From: Puccinia triticina
Taxonomy: Eukaryota
DNA: 64,000 bases
Direction of reading: 5' to 3'
Assembly: GCA_026914245.1 (NCBI GenBank)
Contig: CP110439.1
Span: forward strand, 7,936,001 to 8,000,000
Positions 49,309-63,100 of this stretch are shown in pieces (position 1 is the stretch's first letter; every line of letters begins with the position of its first letter). The notes below the pieces were generated by a model, which was not told the origin of the DNA, searched no databases, and saw nothing but the letters and a program-made list of their open reading frames with translations. A program made the translations under genes and the position numbers.

Positions 49309-50426
49309 TTAGTGGGAACGTTGGGCGGTTGGAGTGGTGCTCTGAGAACGGGATTTCTTTCGATGTGATTTGCCAAATGGTTTGATCCAGACTCTCCAGA
49401 AGATCGTCAGCAGGCCGTTCAAGAGTCCGATCGGTGGGACCAACCAGCCGAGCAACCAGATCACCTTATTGACCGACTTCTCAAACTTCCACACCAATCT
49501 TTCGACTTGTCGCTCCAAGTCGACTAGCTGTCCCGAGTTATCTACGATGTGGTCAGCATATGATAGTTTGGATTTGAGTGGCATTTGGGCTGCGATTCGG
49601 GTTTTCGCTTCAGCCCTACCCAGTCCATTTCGACTTTGTAGTCGTTGGAGTTGGAGCTCTTCGGAGCTTAGGTTGGCAACGTAACCATCAAACCAAACAA
49701 ATACACAAGTTTCCATCAAACACTCTTTTTTTATTTCTTGAAAAAAAAAATCAGCAGAACTGAAAATAGCTTGAAATACCGACCAATACACGTCGACGAC
49801 CTTCCCACAAAACTTCCACATCCCAGTTTCGATCAACAAAGGCGAGTCGACCACACAAACTTGGGTGCCAGTGAGCCACAGCTTGAGCAATCGAAGGACC
49901 ATCAAGCGACGGATTTTTGGATGGAGTAGGCTATTGAGCCATTGTCGCTCGCTTGGTTTGTTGAAGATGATTTCACCGAGCCGTTCTCGATTTAAGCAAC
50001 CATTGTGGGGATAGACGATGTCCGGCTGGCTTGAAAAGTGCTCTCGGATTGCAGTAAGTCCACTTGTGCCGGGTTCGACCACTTCCCGAGCAAGGTGATC
50101 CAAATCGATGACCGGCACGCAGTATGACTTCAGCAGACCGGAGACAGTCGACTTCCCTGCAAGCATAGGAGTTCCAAAAAATCATGTGGTCTCGATCAGT
50201 TTATGTGCTGCTATTCACGAAAAAGGAGACATATGCGGATACAATCCCAAGGCTGCTGAGAAGAACAAATCATACCGGAGGCAATGCCGCCCGTTAGTCC
50301 CACGACTACAGTGGCAGGTTCCAATCATTCGCAATCCATCAAACCCAGGAGGAAGCAACTCGAATGGGATTATCAACTGGAAGTAGGCGATGGCCAGGCA
50401 CAAAAACAGATTTACTGACCGAGCAT
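49309..50426 (-). CDS. CAB5: Dephospho-CoA kinase, 4 exons
   Basis: ML|VVGLTGGIASG|KSTVS...VIDLDHLAREVVEPG...LNRERLGEIIF...VVDSPLLIE...RIAAQMPLKSK...IVDNSG, with a C-terminal hydrophobic segment. The first coding exon is only 7 nt. Confidence 0.92.
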
Positions 50427-51670
50427 AGGTTGGTAAATGTGTATCACTTTCCAAATATAGAAGTCCTTGGAGACCTTGAGGGGATAAATTGCCGGGGTAT
50501 GGATACACGATTAAGTTGCAGGGGTGATGTCACACTATGACACTATCGAGGCTTCGGCCCCCCGGGGGATAGGCGAGGGATTCAACTCCCAGCTGGAAGG
50601 AATCTCATAACCGAACTTAACAAAAGTCCCTCCCTGTGCTCGTCTCCGGAGGAAAGGCTTAGTTAAGCTCGTCTCATAACCTCAAGGCGCCGAGCTTAAC
50701 AAAGCCTCTCTGGAGGAGGGCCCCGCAGGGTCTCTGTCTCACAGAGAGGCTTGCCCCCAAGCGGCGAGGTTTGGCGTGAATCCTGACGGGCCCGAGGCTC
50801 GGCCAACCCCCAAATTTCATTAAATCCTTTGTTACACATCAACCACTGCCGGGATAGGCCCATGAGTGGCATGGCCTTGAAGCCTAGCTTCTTGCGCAGG
50901 CAGCCAGCCATCCACCATCCATCAAGCCCCTTGTAGAGCTGCTGGACATGCTTTCAAAAACCATGCCGAGCTTGTCCCAGCGAGCAGAGCGTGTTTTTTT
51001 CAACTCCTGTACACATTTTATGTGTGGCCTGCATACCAAATGTAGTTCATTGTTCAATTCAAACAATAAACATACTTCATGTACTTATTAGAAGTAATTG
51101 AAACTTTCATGTACTTATCCAATAGTATGGTGTAAGATCAATCCTGGAATCATGATTCCATGACTTCACATCCTTGTAGCTTTAAGGCCATTCAAGGCAT
51201 CAAAATGTGGCCTATGTAGTCTTGAAGGCCAGATGCAGACCTTCAATTTGGCACCTGGGCGGCCCATTTGGCCACCAGGATGCTATAGAAAAGTGGTGCC
51301 AAACTTTCACACCAGCCAAATGGGTGAAAGCTGTACTCAGGACTCACGCCAAATTTTGCCGCTTAGTCCCAAGTCCCTCCTTCGGAGGCTCGCACTTCTC
51401 GCAAGGGGCCCCTGCCTGCCCCTCAGAAGAGGGACTGACTAAGTTTGCAAGGCGCCGCCTGTGAGTCGGAACTGCTGTGGTGGCTGAATCCTGGGGTATA
51501 CAGAGCTTAACCAAACTTAACACAGTCCCTCCGTAATTGTGACATATGCCATTACAACGCTTGGTGTTTGGCATGCCACAATCGTAATATATTGATATAT
51601 ATGTGAATCACCCACCCGATCATTACACTGCCCTCAATACACGCTGCCCTGGATACGCTGCATTTCAACA

Positions 51671-52923
51671 ATGGAGGAAGAATCCTTTCTTGACCCAAAT
51701 CTTCTAACTCAACAAACACTACCCCAAACTTCAAGGACGTCCAGTCAGCCAGGATTCAATACCCGTGGGCGAGGAAAGTCCCAAGGAAGAGGTCAAGGAC
51801 AACGATCAACCGGACCCATCCAATCATGTGCAAACAAACCCGTGGATCCAGACAACAATACATATGCAACCATGGCTGCTGCTGGTGTGACCCGCAAAAA
51901 GCTCATCTGGACGGGTCCAATGGAGCTCATGATGCTTGATCTTTATGTCAAGGAGGTCCACAAAGGGAAGCAATTGGACTCCGGATTTCAAAGTACATCT
52001 CATCGATTCGTTGCACAAGAGTTGAGGAAGAATCTCCCCAAGCTTGAAAACTTGCTGGATTACACCAAGGTAAAATCCAAGCTCAGCCAGTCCTTCAAAA
52101 AGGACTATGACACATTCTCGGTGTGTAAAGATGCAAGCGGCTTTGGTTGGGATGAAACAAACTGTGAAGTGATAGCCTCAGATGATGTCTGGGAGAGGTT
52201 TTTGGAGGTGTGTCTGTATTTTTGTTTTGCTGGTCCCAATGACCAAGAAATGAGGTTGACTATTTTTTGAAGTTGCATCCACACGCAAAAACGTTTCAAG
52301 GCACCCCCTTTCCTGAATATTGCAAGCCGGAAATCATCTTTGGCTCTTTGGCAGCGACGGGAGATGCTTCTTGCTCAATTGGTGATTGTGTTGCTCAATT
52401 GCATGCCCAAGCAGCAGGCATCCTTCCTTCCCCCAATCCTTCTCTGACCACCAATACAACCCTAACCACCAATGCATACTCACCTAATCCTGCACCAAAT
52501 CTTGGCGAACCCACCAATCAACCAAATCTTGGCAAACCCACCAATCAACCAAATCTTGGCAAACCCACCAATCAACACTTAGCAAGTCCGTCGGCATACC
52601 TTACTTGCTCTCATAGAAAGAAAGACCCAGTAGCTGTGGCAATTGAGGGTCTTGTTTCATATATGGAATCATCCCAAAAGCAAGCTGATTGTCTTGAAGA
52701 GCAAAGAGCCTCTAACTATCAAGCACGCCAGGCACCGACCAAGACCAATCTTTAACGGGCAATCAATCTGTATCAGGAGGAGTATGAACAGGAGGCCAGC
52801 CAGGAAGAGTTGCTATGAGCATTCAAAATATTTTGGGACAAACAAAGCACCCAGATTTTCATCAGTATTCAAAACAAGGAGCTCCACTCAAAATGGCTTG
52901 ACGACATGATCAAAGCACTCTGA
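51671..52923 (+). pseudogene. Harbinger Myb/SANT-like accessory protein, disrupted
   Basis: LIWTGPMELMMLDLY...SGFGWDETNCEVIASDDVWERF|LHPHAKTFQGTPFPEY. Premature stop at 52753. Convergent with a DDE_Tnp_4 remnant. Confidence 0.8.
52495..52575 (+). repeat. 27-bp in-frame tandem repeat x3 (PNLGKPTNQ)
   Basis: ccaaatcttggc(g/a)aacccaccaatcaa repeated. Confidence 0.85.
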
Positions 52924-53329
52924 AACTTTGTTATTTTTACTTGCTAGCTTTATTGTTTTATCTTTCAGCTTTCTCTTTTATCTTCCCCCCCCAGTTGTTT
53001 CCATTGAGCCCTGAAATGCTTAGAAGCCTTCATGAAACCATAGTTCAACCGGAAAGATTTGCCTCTGGTACTGTGGCAAATCAATCACAATTGAGTATAG
53101 GTCAATTGGGCAAACCAGCAGTCGGAAGACTCAAGGAAAGTAGCAAGGGGAGTGATAAGAAAACAGCGGATACAATTTGCTTGTTATCAAACATGGAAAA
53201 AGGAATGGTGGCCCCCATCAGCCAAATCGTGTCTCAAGTGTAGCTACATATTGTTCCCAGAGCGCTTGAGCTATGGAATCCCTCCAATTCTCACACTCCT
53301 CTCAGTATTGGATTGCACTAATTTCCTCG

Positions 53330-53828
53330 TCAGGAATCGGAGTTTCAGATGGTTGATTCCTCATTGCCAAATCTGATACCTCAAAGACCTCATCCAGCTC
53401 GCCATTTTGGAGGATGTTAATGTTATGTATGCAAGCACATGCCATCACAATGTTGTATTGCTGCTCCAGTCAATACCCGCAGGCGGTGGTGAGGATCTTG
53501 AATCGCTGCTTCAAGACCCCAAAACATTGCTCAATGATTTTTTGAAGGCTTGAATGGCGTAGATTAAACAGCTCTTCACGGTTTTCTGGCCTACACACAC
53601 AATCATCAGCTATGTGTCAAGGCACATATAAAGGAGGACATATTGGCATACATACCTTTGATTTGCCATTCCTTGCTCTCGTAGATGGTATTGTGTCCCT
53701 TGGTATGGTACCAAAACTCCCCAATCCAGGCCATACCCCGCATTGGCAAGGTAGAAACTACTAGATGGTATTGTGAATTCATTTGATTGAGCATTGTCCA
53801 GTACACATGATTCATGAGCGGTTCCTTC
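53330..53828 (-). pseudogene. Harbinger (HARBI1-like) transposase C-terminal remnant
   Basis: EGTAHES.VL...FYLANAGY...VPYQGTQYHLRE|PENREELFNLRHSSLQKIIEQCFGVLKQRFKIL...ACACIHN. Cut at 53829 by a hAT end. Confidence 0.85.
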
Positions 53829-55223
53829 TAAGATTGCAACCCGGGCCTCCGGGTTCGGGTACGGCTCTCCCAAGATCCGAACCCAACATATCCGGCTCTG
53901 ATGCCGGGTATCCATCAGATCTCTTGCTTTTTTTGGAATTTGCGCTACTTGACGTGAATGTGGGATCCCTGATCATCCCTGGACCACCAATCGCGCGATT
54001 TCTCTTGTCCAATGCCTGCAAAACGCCCCGTTGAAGAAGTGGAAACCAGCTCTGACTCAGATATCAAACAAATCACGGCTCCTGCAAAAACTCAAGATAC
54101 CAGCAGGAAAAGCTGTGTCTGGCAGTATTTCAAGACAACAACAAGCAAAGGCGTTTGTCACAATGTTTGTCAGGTCAACAAGAATCCTGGCGGCGGTAAT
54201 GTGTGCCTTGTAAAACTTGCGGTTGACAGGAAAGGATCAACAAAGAGTATGGCGAATCACTTGGACCGCATTCATTGTATATATGAAGGAAAGTCAAATG
54301 TGGGTGCAATCACCAAGTTCTTACAGAAGGGGAAAGTACGCAAAAAGCTTGATCGTGAATCCTTGACCTCTGCTGTTGCTTGCTTTTTCATTAACTGCAA
54401 CATCCCATTCCACGACATTGACAATGAAGACTTTAGAGAACTTCTTCAACTTGCCAATCCAGAAACAAGCCAATTTCTATGCGGAAAAGATATTCTTGCT
54501 GCCTTCATACAGAAATCTTTTGCGCAAGGAACTTGACTCTAGAATAAGTCTGACATGTCACACTTGGACGTCTCCTAGCAACTTATCTATACTTGGAGTT
54601 ACTGCGCACTGGATCACCAAAGACTTTTTACTCAAGTCAATGGTCTTAGCTGTGGTACCAATCAAAGGCAGCCACGCTGGGATTAACCTTGGAAGTCACC
54701 TAGTCGATGTACTTGAGGCTTTTGGCATATCTGATAAGATCTTCTGTATCACAGCCAATAACACGTCAAACAATGGGACGGTGGGGACCCATTTGGACAC
54801 GGCAATCTCTTTCAACTCAAAGGAACACATGCTTGGTTGTATGGCCCATGTGATCAATCTTGCCGCTCAAGCTGGAATAAAAGCTTTTTCCAAACCACCA
54901 CCAGCGCCACCTGCGATTATGTCGGGGATTCTAAACAATCAACCATCTCCAGATGAAGTCTCTAGTATTGTCTCACGCATCAGTGGCTTTGCAACCTTTC
55001 TGAAGCGCTTGCCACAAAAGTCGGCAGCCTTTGACGGAATTGTCAAAGGTATCATCGGAAAAAAACTCTTGATGATTCAAGATGTTTCCACTCAATGGAA
55101 TTCAACTTTTTCCATGCTTGAAAGGGCATTGAAACTTTGCAATTGCATAAAAATCTTTTGCAAAACAAACAATGTGAACAAAAAATACGGCCTCTCTTCT
55201 AGCAAATGGAAGACAGTCCAACA
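53829..55223 (+). mobile_element. hAT element 1 (left part): BED zinc finger plus transposase, frameshifted and truncated
   Basis: Terminus taagattgcaacccggg. SCVWQYF...CQV...C...STKSMANHLDRIH, ISLTCHTWTS...GVTAHWI, CMAHVINLA, QDVSTQWNSTFSMLERAL. Confidence 0.88.
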
Positions 55224-56578
55224 TAGAGATGAACATTTGGTACCTGTTGGGGGGTACCCCACACCGCTTGGCAGGTACCCCTTGCACCCGTTGCGCACCC
55301 GCCAGGCGGTGCCGGGTGCATTGTGAGGTACAAGCTTTTGGGAGAGAAGTGGTGCGGTACCTGGGTACCTCCCATGGTCCCGCAGCTGGGTAGCCTGTGA
55401 CGTATGACATACAAAGCACTGTCATCAAAGCAGTAGCGGATGTCATGATGTATATGTTCTATCCTCACCTTGCAGACCGGACCTCCTCTAGCTCAACCAA
55501 TCATCTCCACCATGGCTTCCACCTGCAGACAACACAAACCGCAATCATCTCAAGCATCATCAATCCAAGGTAATCCGGAAGAAGAATTAAGTCAAACCAC
55601 TAGCCAAGAAGTAAATACAGATGTCCATCCTCCAAAGAGCACCAGCATCCCACCCTCTGAGCTTTGTCAAATGATGACCAACACCGACAAGGAAGAGTTA
55701 TGTGAGTATCTTTAATTCCTCATTTTTTTTTCTCATACACAATTCTGACTCAGTATTATTCTTTTGTATAGATTGAGCTCAGAAAGTCGCTTCAAACTTG
55801 AACAGTTCCAGTTACGCTTTGTATGGTGTGCCTGAGCTTTCCAATCAATTGGATAAGCATGGAAGGAAAATGATTGCCTATCCTTGCAAATTGTGAGTTT
55901 TTTTATTCATAATAAACAATATTTATTCAATTCTGAATCTATTTTATTCCTTTTCTAGGTGCGGCATTAAAATCAATTGTCCGACCGCGGACTCATCTTG
56001 TAGCAATCTAAACAAGCATGCGTCCCTCTGCATCCAAAAACAATGTGAAACCAAATCTAGTCACTCGCTGGGTAGTCTTGGGATTTCAGGAACTGGCGAC
56101 TTGCAAGCCAAAGAGGTACGTCAAGAGGTCCTTGTTTGGAGAACTGAAATCTCAGCTGCTGATATTTAGGCTTCAGGTTCCTCAACTCTGCGCAGTATGG
56201 TGTGCTGAAGCAGCAAGGCCGTTCTTGGCGCTTACTGATCCAAGCCACAAGGCTATCCTCCATATCACGGTCCTCAAGAATCTACCAAGACCGCAGGACG
56301 TTTCCAAGCATATTCATATTCTCTATTCAGTGATTCAAAGCAACTACCGTGGTGTCTTAAGTGTGGGTTGCTCTTTATTCTTTTATTCATTTCATTTTTT
56401 TATTGCTTTCTGATAATCATTATTCTATTGGTAGGAACACAAAGGTGCTTTATATCTTGGAGTCGATGCTTGGCAGTCGCCAAACGGATTCAACATCTTG
56501 GGAACAGTCGTCTACCAATTAGCTGAAGCTGGCCCCAAGGATATCAGTCTAGAGGCTATGCCTCTAGACTTTGTTAGG
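55224..56578 (+). mobile_element. hAT element 2 (left part) with intron-containing transposase fragment
   Basis: Terminus tagagatgaacatttggtacc. VPQLCAVWCAEAARPF, YLGVDAWQSPNGFNILG, MPLDFV. Confidence 0.82.
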
Positions 56579-59500
56579 TAGGGATGAGCCTTTGTACCCG
56601 GTTACCCGCCACGGGTGCGGGTACTACCCTAAATTATAACCCAGATTAGATACCCGCACCTGCACCTGCACCCGCTAAAGCAGGTCAAAGCATATACCCG
56701 GGTACTGGTTTGAAGGTAGCGGGTTCAGGCGGCGGGTACCCGTTGTTTAATCCTTTTTTGCTCGCAAGAAACTGCTCCTGAGTATTTATTACTAACTAAT
56801 TTGAGAGCTATCTACCTCAACAATCTCCTCATTCTTCTTAACTTTTCCCTTGCATTTTTGTATCTCTTTTCTCCTCTGTTCCATCTTCCATGTACGCAAC
56901 ATGCCAGTTTGTATCTTACCGTTTTTTGAGTAGAAAGAAACTGCCATTCCTCGAGTGAGAGAGGAGTCACTGAGGCGGTGACGCCTCACCAAAACATAAT
57001 CCCAACCAAAGTTGAATGATCGCTCGACGTCCACCGTAGTTGCTGCTTCATACACAAGTTGTCAGATGGTTGTTTCAAAAATATAAGATAGAGAAAAAAA
57101 CATACCTGGACAACTGAGGACATCCAGTGCCATCTGGAGCAGGCCTCCATGATTATTTCCCGCACGCCCTTGGGCAATCCACCACTTTAGAGGGCTCACC
57201 GGCTGCCCTTCATCATCCAAATTTAACCCTCCAGCAAGCCACATAGTGAGTGGATCACTCAATGCAGTGCCTGTGCGTGCTTCAAAAGCACCACTCAGCC
57301 GGGCAAGAACACCTGTCTGAGGCTGGCGTGCAGATATTAGCAAGATATTAGCAGGCTTGAATAACAATAAGATTGAAATGAAAAAAGAAAGTTGCTTTGG
57401 TTTCAATCACCTTTGGGCGGGGATTGGGTCTAGTCGGAGGTGGCTGAGTTAGAGGTTTGTACTGACTTTCCCACATATCTCTGGCAAGTCGCACGGCCTC
57501 AGAAATCCACTCGGGTTCCCACTTCGCCAGTTTGAAATATTCATCTTTAAAAGATGGGTTCAGAACTTGGGAATTACAAAGTAAGTTGTGTTTATCAGTT
57601 TTTATGTCAAAGGTTAATTTATAATAAAACTTACTCATAGCAACCCGGTACAGCGGCGAGCAATCCGTAAGGGTATAGTATTTGTTTGTCAGACGAAGGC
57701 CTGCACGGCAAGCATTCCTCAAGGCCGCAGGGTATACATCACGCTGATAAGAAATGATGCTTGATAAGTGACTGGTGATTTGGTCGATGAAGACAACCAC
57801 TTGTGATATTTGCGCCCCGCCGCAAGTTGAGACAATAAGGGTTATTTCATAGAAGGGTTCTAGTATGTTGACGAGGTCGCGTGCCAAGTTGAGATCAATT
57901 TGGTTGATGTGATAAGCTCGATCAGTGCCGTGTTGCTTATCCTTCTGCCACTCAAGACTGCATACCAAAATGTTAGTATGTTTGGATTGAGTGGGAAAAT
58001 AACTACTCACATTGCCGCCGAGCATTGCTGGATACTGGAGAGTTGCACCTGGTCCTGATGTCCCGCTTGGCATTGTGTGGTGTTGAACATTCCTTCTCTT
58101 GACAGATCTCCACAAAGAGTGCCTTGGAGTTTGGCGACTTGTTCAGCTTCTGCGAAATTGCTCGGAACTAGCAATACATATCAGTAATTTTCTGGAATTT
58201 TCAAAACAGGAAATAACGGAATACCTTTGCCAAGCTCTCCTTGCATGATTGGGAAGTGTATACATCATCATTGTCTTCGTCACTCAAATCATTGATGTTG
58301 CCAGTTTCCAGTTTGAGTTCTTGATCATCAATGGGATTTGTAATACACCCAGGGTTGATTGGATCATTGGATAAGTCTTCATCGGAGTCTTCATTGTTCA
58401 AATGGGTACCTTTGTTGTACCTGTGTATGGTTAGCAAAAAATCAGCAGAGTTCACCTGTGAAAAGAGAAGAACATACATACAACTCAATCTGGTGTTCTG
58501 TGTCCTCTTCATCATCTTGGTCGGATTCATCCAAGTCCATGCTCTTGTTAAAGTTGTCCTGCCCACTGTTTTTCTTCTTGTGGCTTCCGAAAGGGCGCAA
58601 AATGACTTGAACAATCAAATTCAAGATATGCGCAAAACATCAAACCCATTCGGTCTTGCCGTGGAATTGAGCCCACTTGAACTTCTTGATTTCATTCACC
58701 ATTGTTTGATTATTCGTGGCGTTATTGGTGACTATACCACAGATCTGCAAGAAAAAAAGCAATTAATCCAAGTAATAGATGAAGATAGTAACTCTGACAT
58801 GCTTACCTTGTTTTTTAAACCAAATTTTTCAACAATTATCCAGACGGTGTCGGCCAAATAGGCACCTGTGTGTCTGTCTTTTAACCTAACAAAGTCAAGA
58901 GGCATTGACTCCAATTCAAAGTCCCCATTTTCTCGTTGAACCAAGCAATATATTACCGTTCCTAGGATATCAAACCCATTAGGGGACTGCCAGGCATCAA
59001 GGCCTAAGTACATGGCGCCTTGATGACTCTAGCAACAAGTAAAAACATAAAAATTAGTAAAAATAAGCGACATAAAAAAGAAAAAAAGAACAAACTTTGA
59101 ATGATTCTATGAGAGACTCCTGTACCAACGTATAAAGCCTGAATATGTCATGGGACACCGTCTTTCGTGTAGGCAAATTTTTCAGGACAATCGGATGCAG
59201 AATGTTTTGATGTGCGCCCTTGCCAAGAGCTATGAAAGGTCAAGCAGTTTCAGCGCACCAGATTGCACAGAGCTGGGGGACCTATTCAATAAAACATTCA
59301 GTCCTTATTGAGTGAGATGAAAAAGAAGCAATTGGATTGACTTACCTCTTGCGGATCTATATCACCGGTTCCAGATACACGGCCAAGCGCGGCAAGTTTG
59401 ACAGTATCATTCACTGCTTGTTGCTTCTTGAGGCAACCAGCAACATGCTTTGAGAGGTTAGTCGGAGACGTATTGTATGTAGGGCGGTGGATTTTTGAGC

Positions 59501-59840
59501 CACAGCTGCAGTTTACGACATGAGAAGTGATGAGTGGAAGTAATTGGAAAGAATTCCAGAAAAGAAACTACCCACCTCTTACACAAGAATGCAATCATCC
59601 TGCGCCCGTGTTTGTTGAGTTGGTCAGAAAGCATGGGCGGGTCGTAGTACGCATAGGCTGAACTGTTGGAATTGCTGTGCAATTTACGTGCCCGATCTGG
59701 AAAATGAAAAAATTTGTCAGTTTTTCACTTGTTTAGCAATAAAGATTAAAGGTGGAGCTTGCGAGGTACCAACTGAGCTCTTGATCATCAGAAATTTGAT
59801 GAGTCGTTGACGCTTGAGTATTTGCGGGAGTCGTGCTATG
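56579..59840 (-). mobile_element. hAT element 3: 3' terminus plus multi-exon transposase pseudogene with dimerisation domain
   Basis: Terminus tagggatgagcc with acccg repeats. YLGLDAWQSPNGFDILG, KYYTLTDCSPLY, PLKWW...MALDVLSCP|ATTVDVERSF. 5' end missing. Confidence 0.88.
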
Positions 59841-60126
59841 CCCGCCCTTCAGAAGTGGGACTGAATAAGTTCGGTGGTAAACAGGTCCCAGTAGGTCCCA
59901 GTAATCCCTGGGGACACCGGGTCACCAATCTTCAATCACAACTACGCTGAATAGAGGACTTCCCGTCGCCTAAAAGGCTTGATTTAGAGGGGTCCGCTAA
60001 ACCTCCTTGCTTGCTGGTGAAAACTGCAAAATCATGCGCACCCATATGAATATGCATATGCACAGTCATGTCGCTGGCAGAGACCAGGCAGACAGAAACA
60101 ATCATGCCACAATTTGAAAGGAGAGA

Positions 60127-61539
60127 ATGAAGAAGCCAAACAGCAAACTACTATTTGATACGCCTGGGTGGACGATACCGAAGGAAAACGTGAACCCGGA
60201 TAAAAAAACTAAACGGAAGAAGAAGCAGCCCAACGCATCGACTGAGCAACCATCCCAACCGGAACAGCAAAAAGAAGACTCACCCAATCCCAAAAAACGA
60301 GTCAAGAATTCACATCCTCCAGCCAAAAAACACCAGCCCAATGAACAAACAGAAACCCGGCCATGCGCGACAATCAATGGAGCAGCAACTCATCAACTGG
60401 CACACGGTCTATTGAACTCGGGCTTGAACGGCTCCCGATTCCGGATTCTGAATGAGACTCTATACACCTCAACCGGCCCAGAAGCGCTCAAACTCTTCCA
60501 ATCAACACCATCGCTAGAAAAAGAAGAACAAGAGGGAGGCGGAAGCAGAGAAGAAAACCCGAATTTCGAGATCTATCATCTCGGTTTCCGCTCCCAAACC
60601 AAACATTGGCCGCAGAACCCGGTCCATCTTATCGCTCATGACCTCCAACATGACCCGCATCTTCTCAAAAATCATGCGCCTGTTCTTGTGGCTGACTTAG
60701 GCTGTGGGGAAGCCCCTCTTGCCAAACTGCTGTGCCCCTCTTCGTCTTCTGCTTGTTCGAATTCGTCCAAGAAAAAGTCTAACGCAAGTTCGTTGACTCG
60801 ACAGAATCAATTTAAAGTGTTCAGTTATGATCTGGTCGCCGATACCGAAGGCTGGATCACTGTCGCTGAATGTTCTACTCTAGTTAAGCTTGCCCAATCC
60901 AGCAAAACCACAAAGAAGGAAAAAGAAGGACGCAAGCTTATTCTTGATGTCTGGGACGTTACAAAATCACAGGTTCCATTGCCAGGCTCGTTAGATGATC
61001 GAATCGGGAACGGGATGATGGATATAGTGGTGTGTTGTTTGAGCTTGATGAGCACCAATTGGGTCGGGATGATTTTTGAAGCTCGGCGTATACTCAAGCA
61101 AGAGTTGAGCACACATACCTTTTCTCTCTCAAAACCACGTCTATTTCCTTCCTGGTTGACACGAATGCTCGCGTTTCTTCAGCGGTGAACTGAGGGTAGC
61201 TGAAGTCACCAGTCGGTTCGTTGACGTCGACCTCTTCGTCACGTTCATCAAATCTCTCGGATTCTCCAATTTCTCCCAGGTTAGACCTTCACATCCTCAA
61301 AAATAACTTCCTTCGTCCATCTGTTTCTAATGACCCCTGCTTTGTTTTTTACCATAACCAAAAACATGTAATAGGACCAATCAAACACCCATTTCATACT
61401 TTTCAAATTCAAGAAAACCGCGCTTGCAAACAGTAAAAAAGACCCATCTTCGGTTAACCTTCTGAACCTCAAAACGAAACTTGAACTGATCGAAACCGGC
61501 CAAAAGCTGCTTAAACCTTGCATCTATAAGCGTAGATAA
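60127..61539 (+). CDS. RRP8: 25S rRNA adenine-N1 methyltransferase Rrp8 (nucleomethylin), 4 exons
   Basis: LNGSRFRILNETLYT, YHLGFRSQTKHWPQNPV, VADLGCGEA, DIVVCCLSLMSTNW...EARRILK, GELRVAEVTSRF, NTHFILFKF, LLKPCIYKRR*. Confidence 0.93.
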
Positions 61540-63100
61540 ATTACATCTCAAAAACCCTAATCGTGCATTTCCATCTCAATGAAGTCCAATCAGACAAGTT
61601 CTTCTTGAAGCGCATACAGCTTTGTTGGCCAGGAGGAACTACTCCTGATTGACGACTTGCTGGTCCAAGTGACCCCCTGTCCAAAAACGCCAGTGACTAC
61701 CACAGCAGAAACACTCGAAAAGTTGACCACGGGGAAAACAATTGTGCCTGCCATGTCCTTTAGGAAGGAGGTGTAGACTTACACTCCTTTGTGGGAGTCG
61801 ATTTGGCGAGCTTGTACAGCCTCTCCGTCAACCGCACGGAGTGCGGAAGAGGCTTGTGTCTACAACGTGCATGCTCGCGTGTCAGGGTTGGGCTTCTGAG
61901 GTCCTTTTTGTTTGTAAAAATCATGTAAACTTGGACGCTTGCGGAAGCGTCCAAGTGATACTTGGCACTCAAAAATTTCAACTGGACATCAAAAACACCG
62001 TCCAGCGGATACTCCCAATTGAGAGTGTGCAATGAACATCTTGAAATTCCTGAAAGCTCAGCATCCATTGGATACTCCAGCCAGAGTGTCCAAAGGATAT
62101 TTGGGCCCAGGTTTAGTGTGTTAGGGTCCAGTATTGTTGTCATGGCCGCATATTTGGTTAGAAACTTGTTGCACCAGAACCCTGCGCACCCCGCAGGTCG
62201 CGTTTTCCACTCGCAGGCTGCTCACATCACACTCACTCTGCCACAACCACCTCCCGCCCCCTGCTCACCTGCACCTGCTGCGACCCTGTGAGCTCCTGAG
62301 CCCTGCTGTGCACTGGCTGTGCCGGCTGGGCTGACATTTTGGCAATCCAAGGATGGTTGCAGATGTCCAATTGGGGTGTCATATCTGAATATGAAGTAAT
62401 AAAGGGACATTTTGGAAGGGTTTATGTGATGTTAAAGTGGTGGTATGAACAGGAACAGTGTTACCACACCGGGACCAGATTTGCCGGGTTTGGATGTTGG
62501 ACAAGGTCTTCCTCAAACTTAACATAAGCCCTTGTCCCTTCTGCGGCCAAGGGGGGGCGCCCCCATTTGGCCTGGGAGAGATGCATACCATTGAGATCTC
62601 TCCCGCAGGGAGAAGACTTACAACTAAAAAGCACATGTTGGCCTGAGAGAATCTGCAACTTTGGGTGGTGGCCAATGTCATCACCACCTGCAGATCACAC
62701 TTTTGGACCAGTTCTTTTTTGGTCTTCATGATTTGAAGCTTGTATTTCTCTTAACTAAACTGTCTACTCAAATTCTTGGCAATCCATCCCCCTCATGCCC
62801 AAAAAAAATAGACAAACTTTCAGATTCTTGGCCGCTTACTCACAAGGCCATGGCTTTTTCCTGTGTTTCTTTTTTTCAAATTCACCCTCTTTTTTCCGAC
62901 CGTTTGGACTTTTCTCTCAACTGCTCTTCTTTTTTTCAACCATCCTCTCTCTCTCTAAACCTGTCACATACACCCAAACACATACACACAACCCCTCCAA
63001 TCATCCAAAATCAACCACCCCAATCATCCAAAAAACACCACAAATTCACAATGGTACAATTCAATCACAAGAAGATGAATCGGACAGAACTGAAAAAAAT

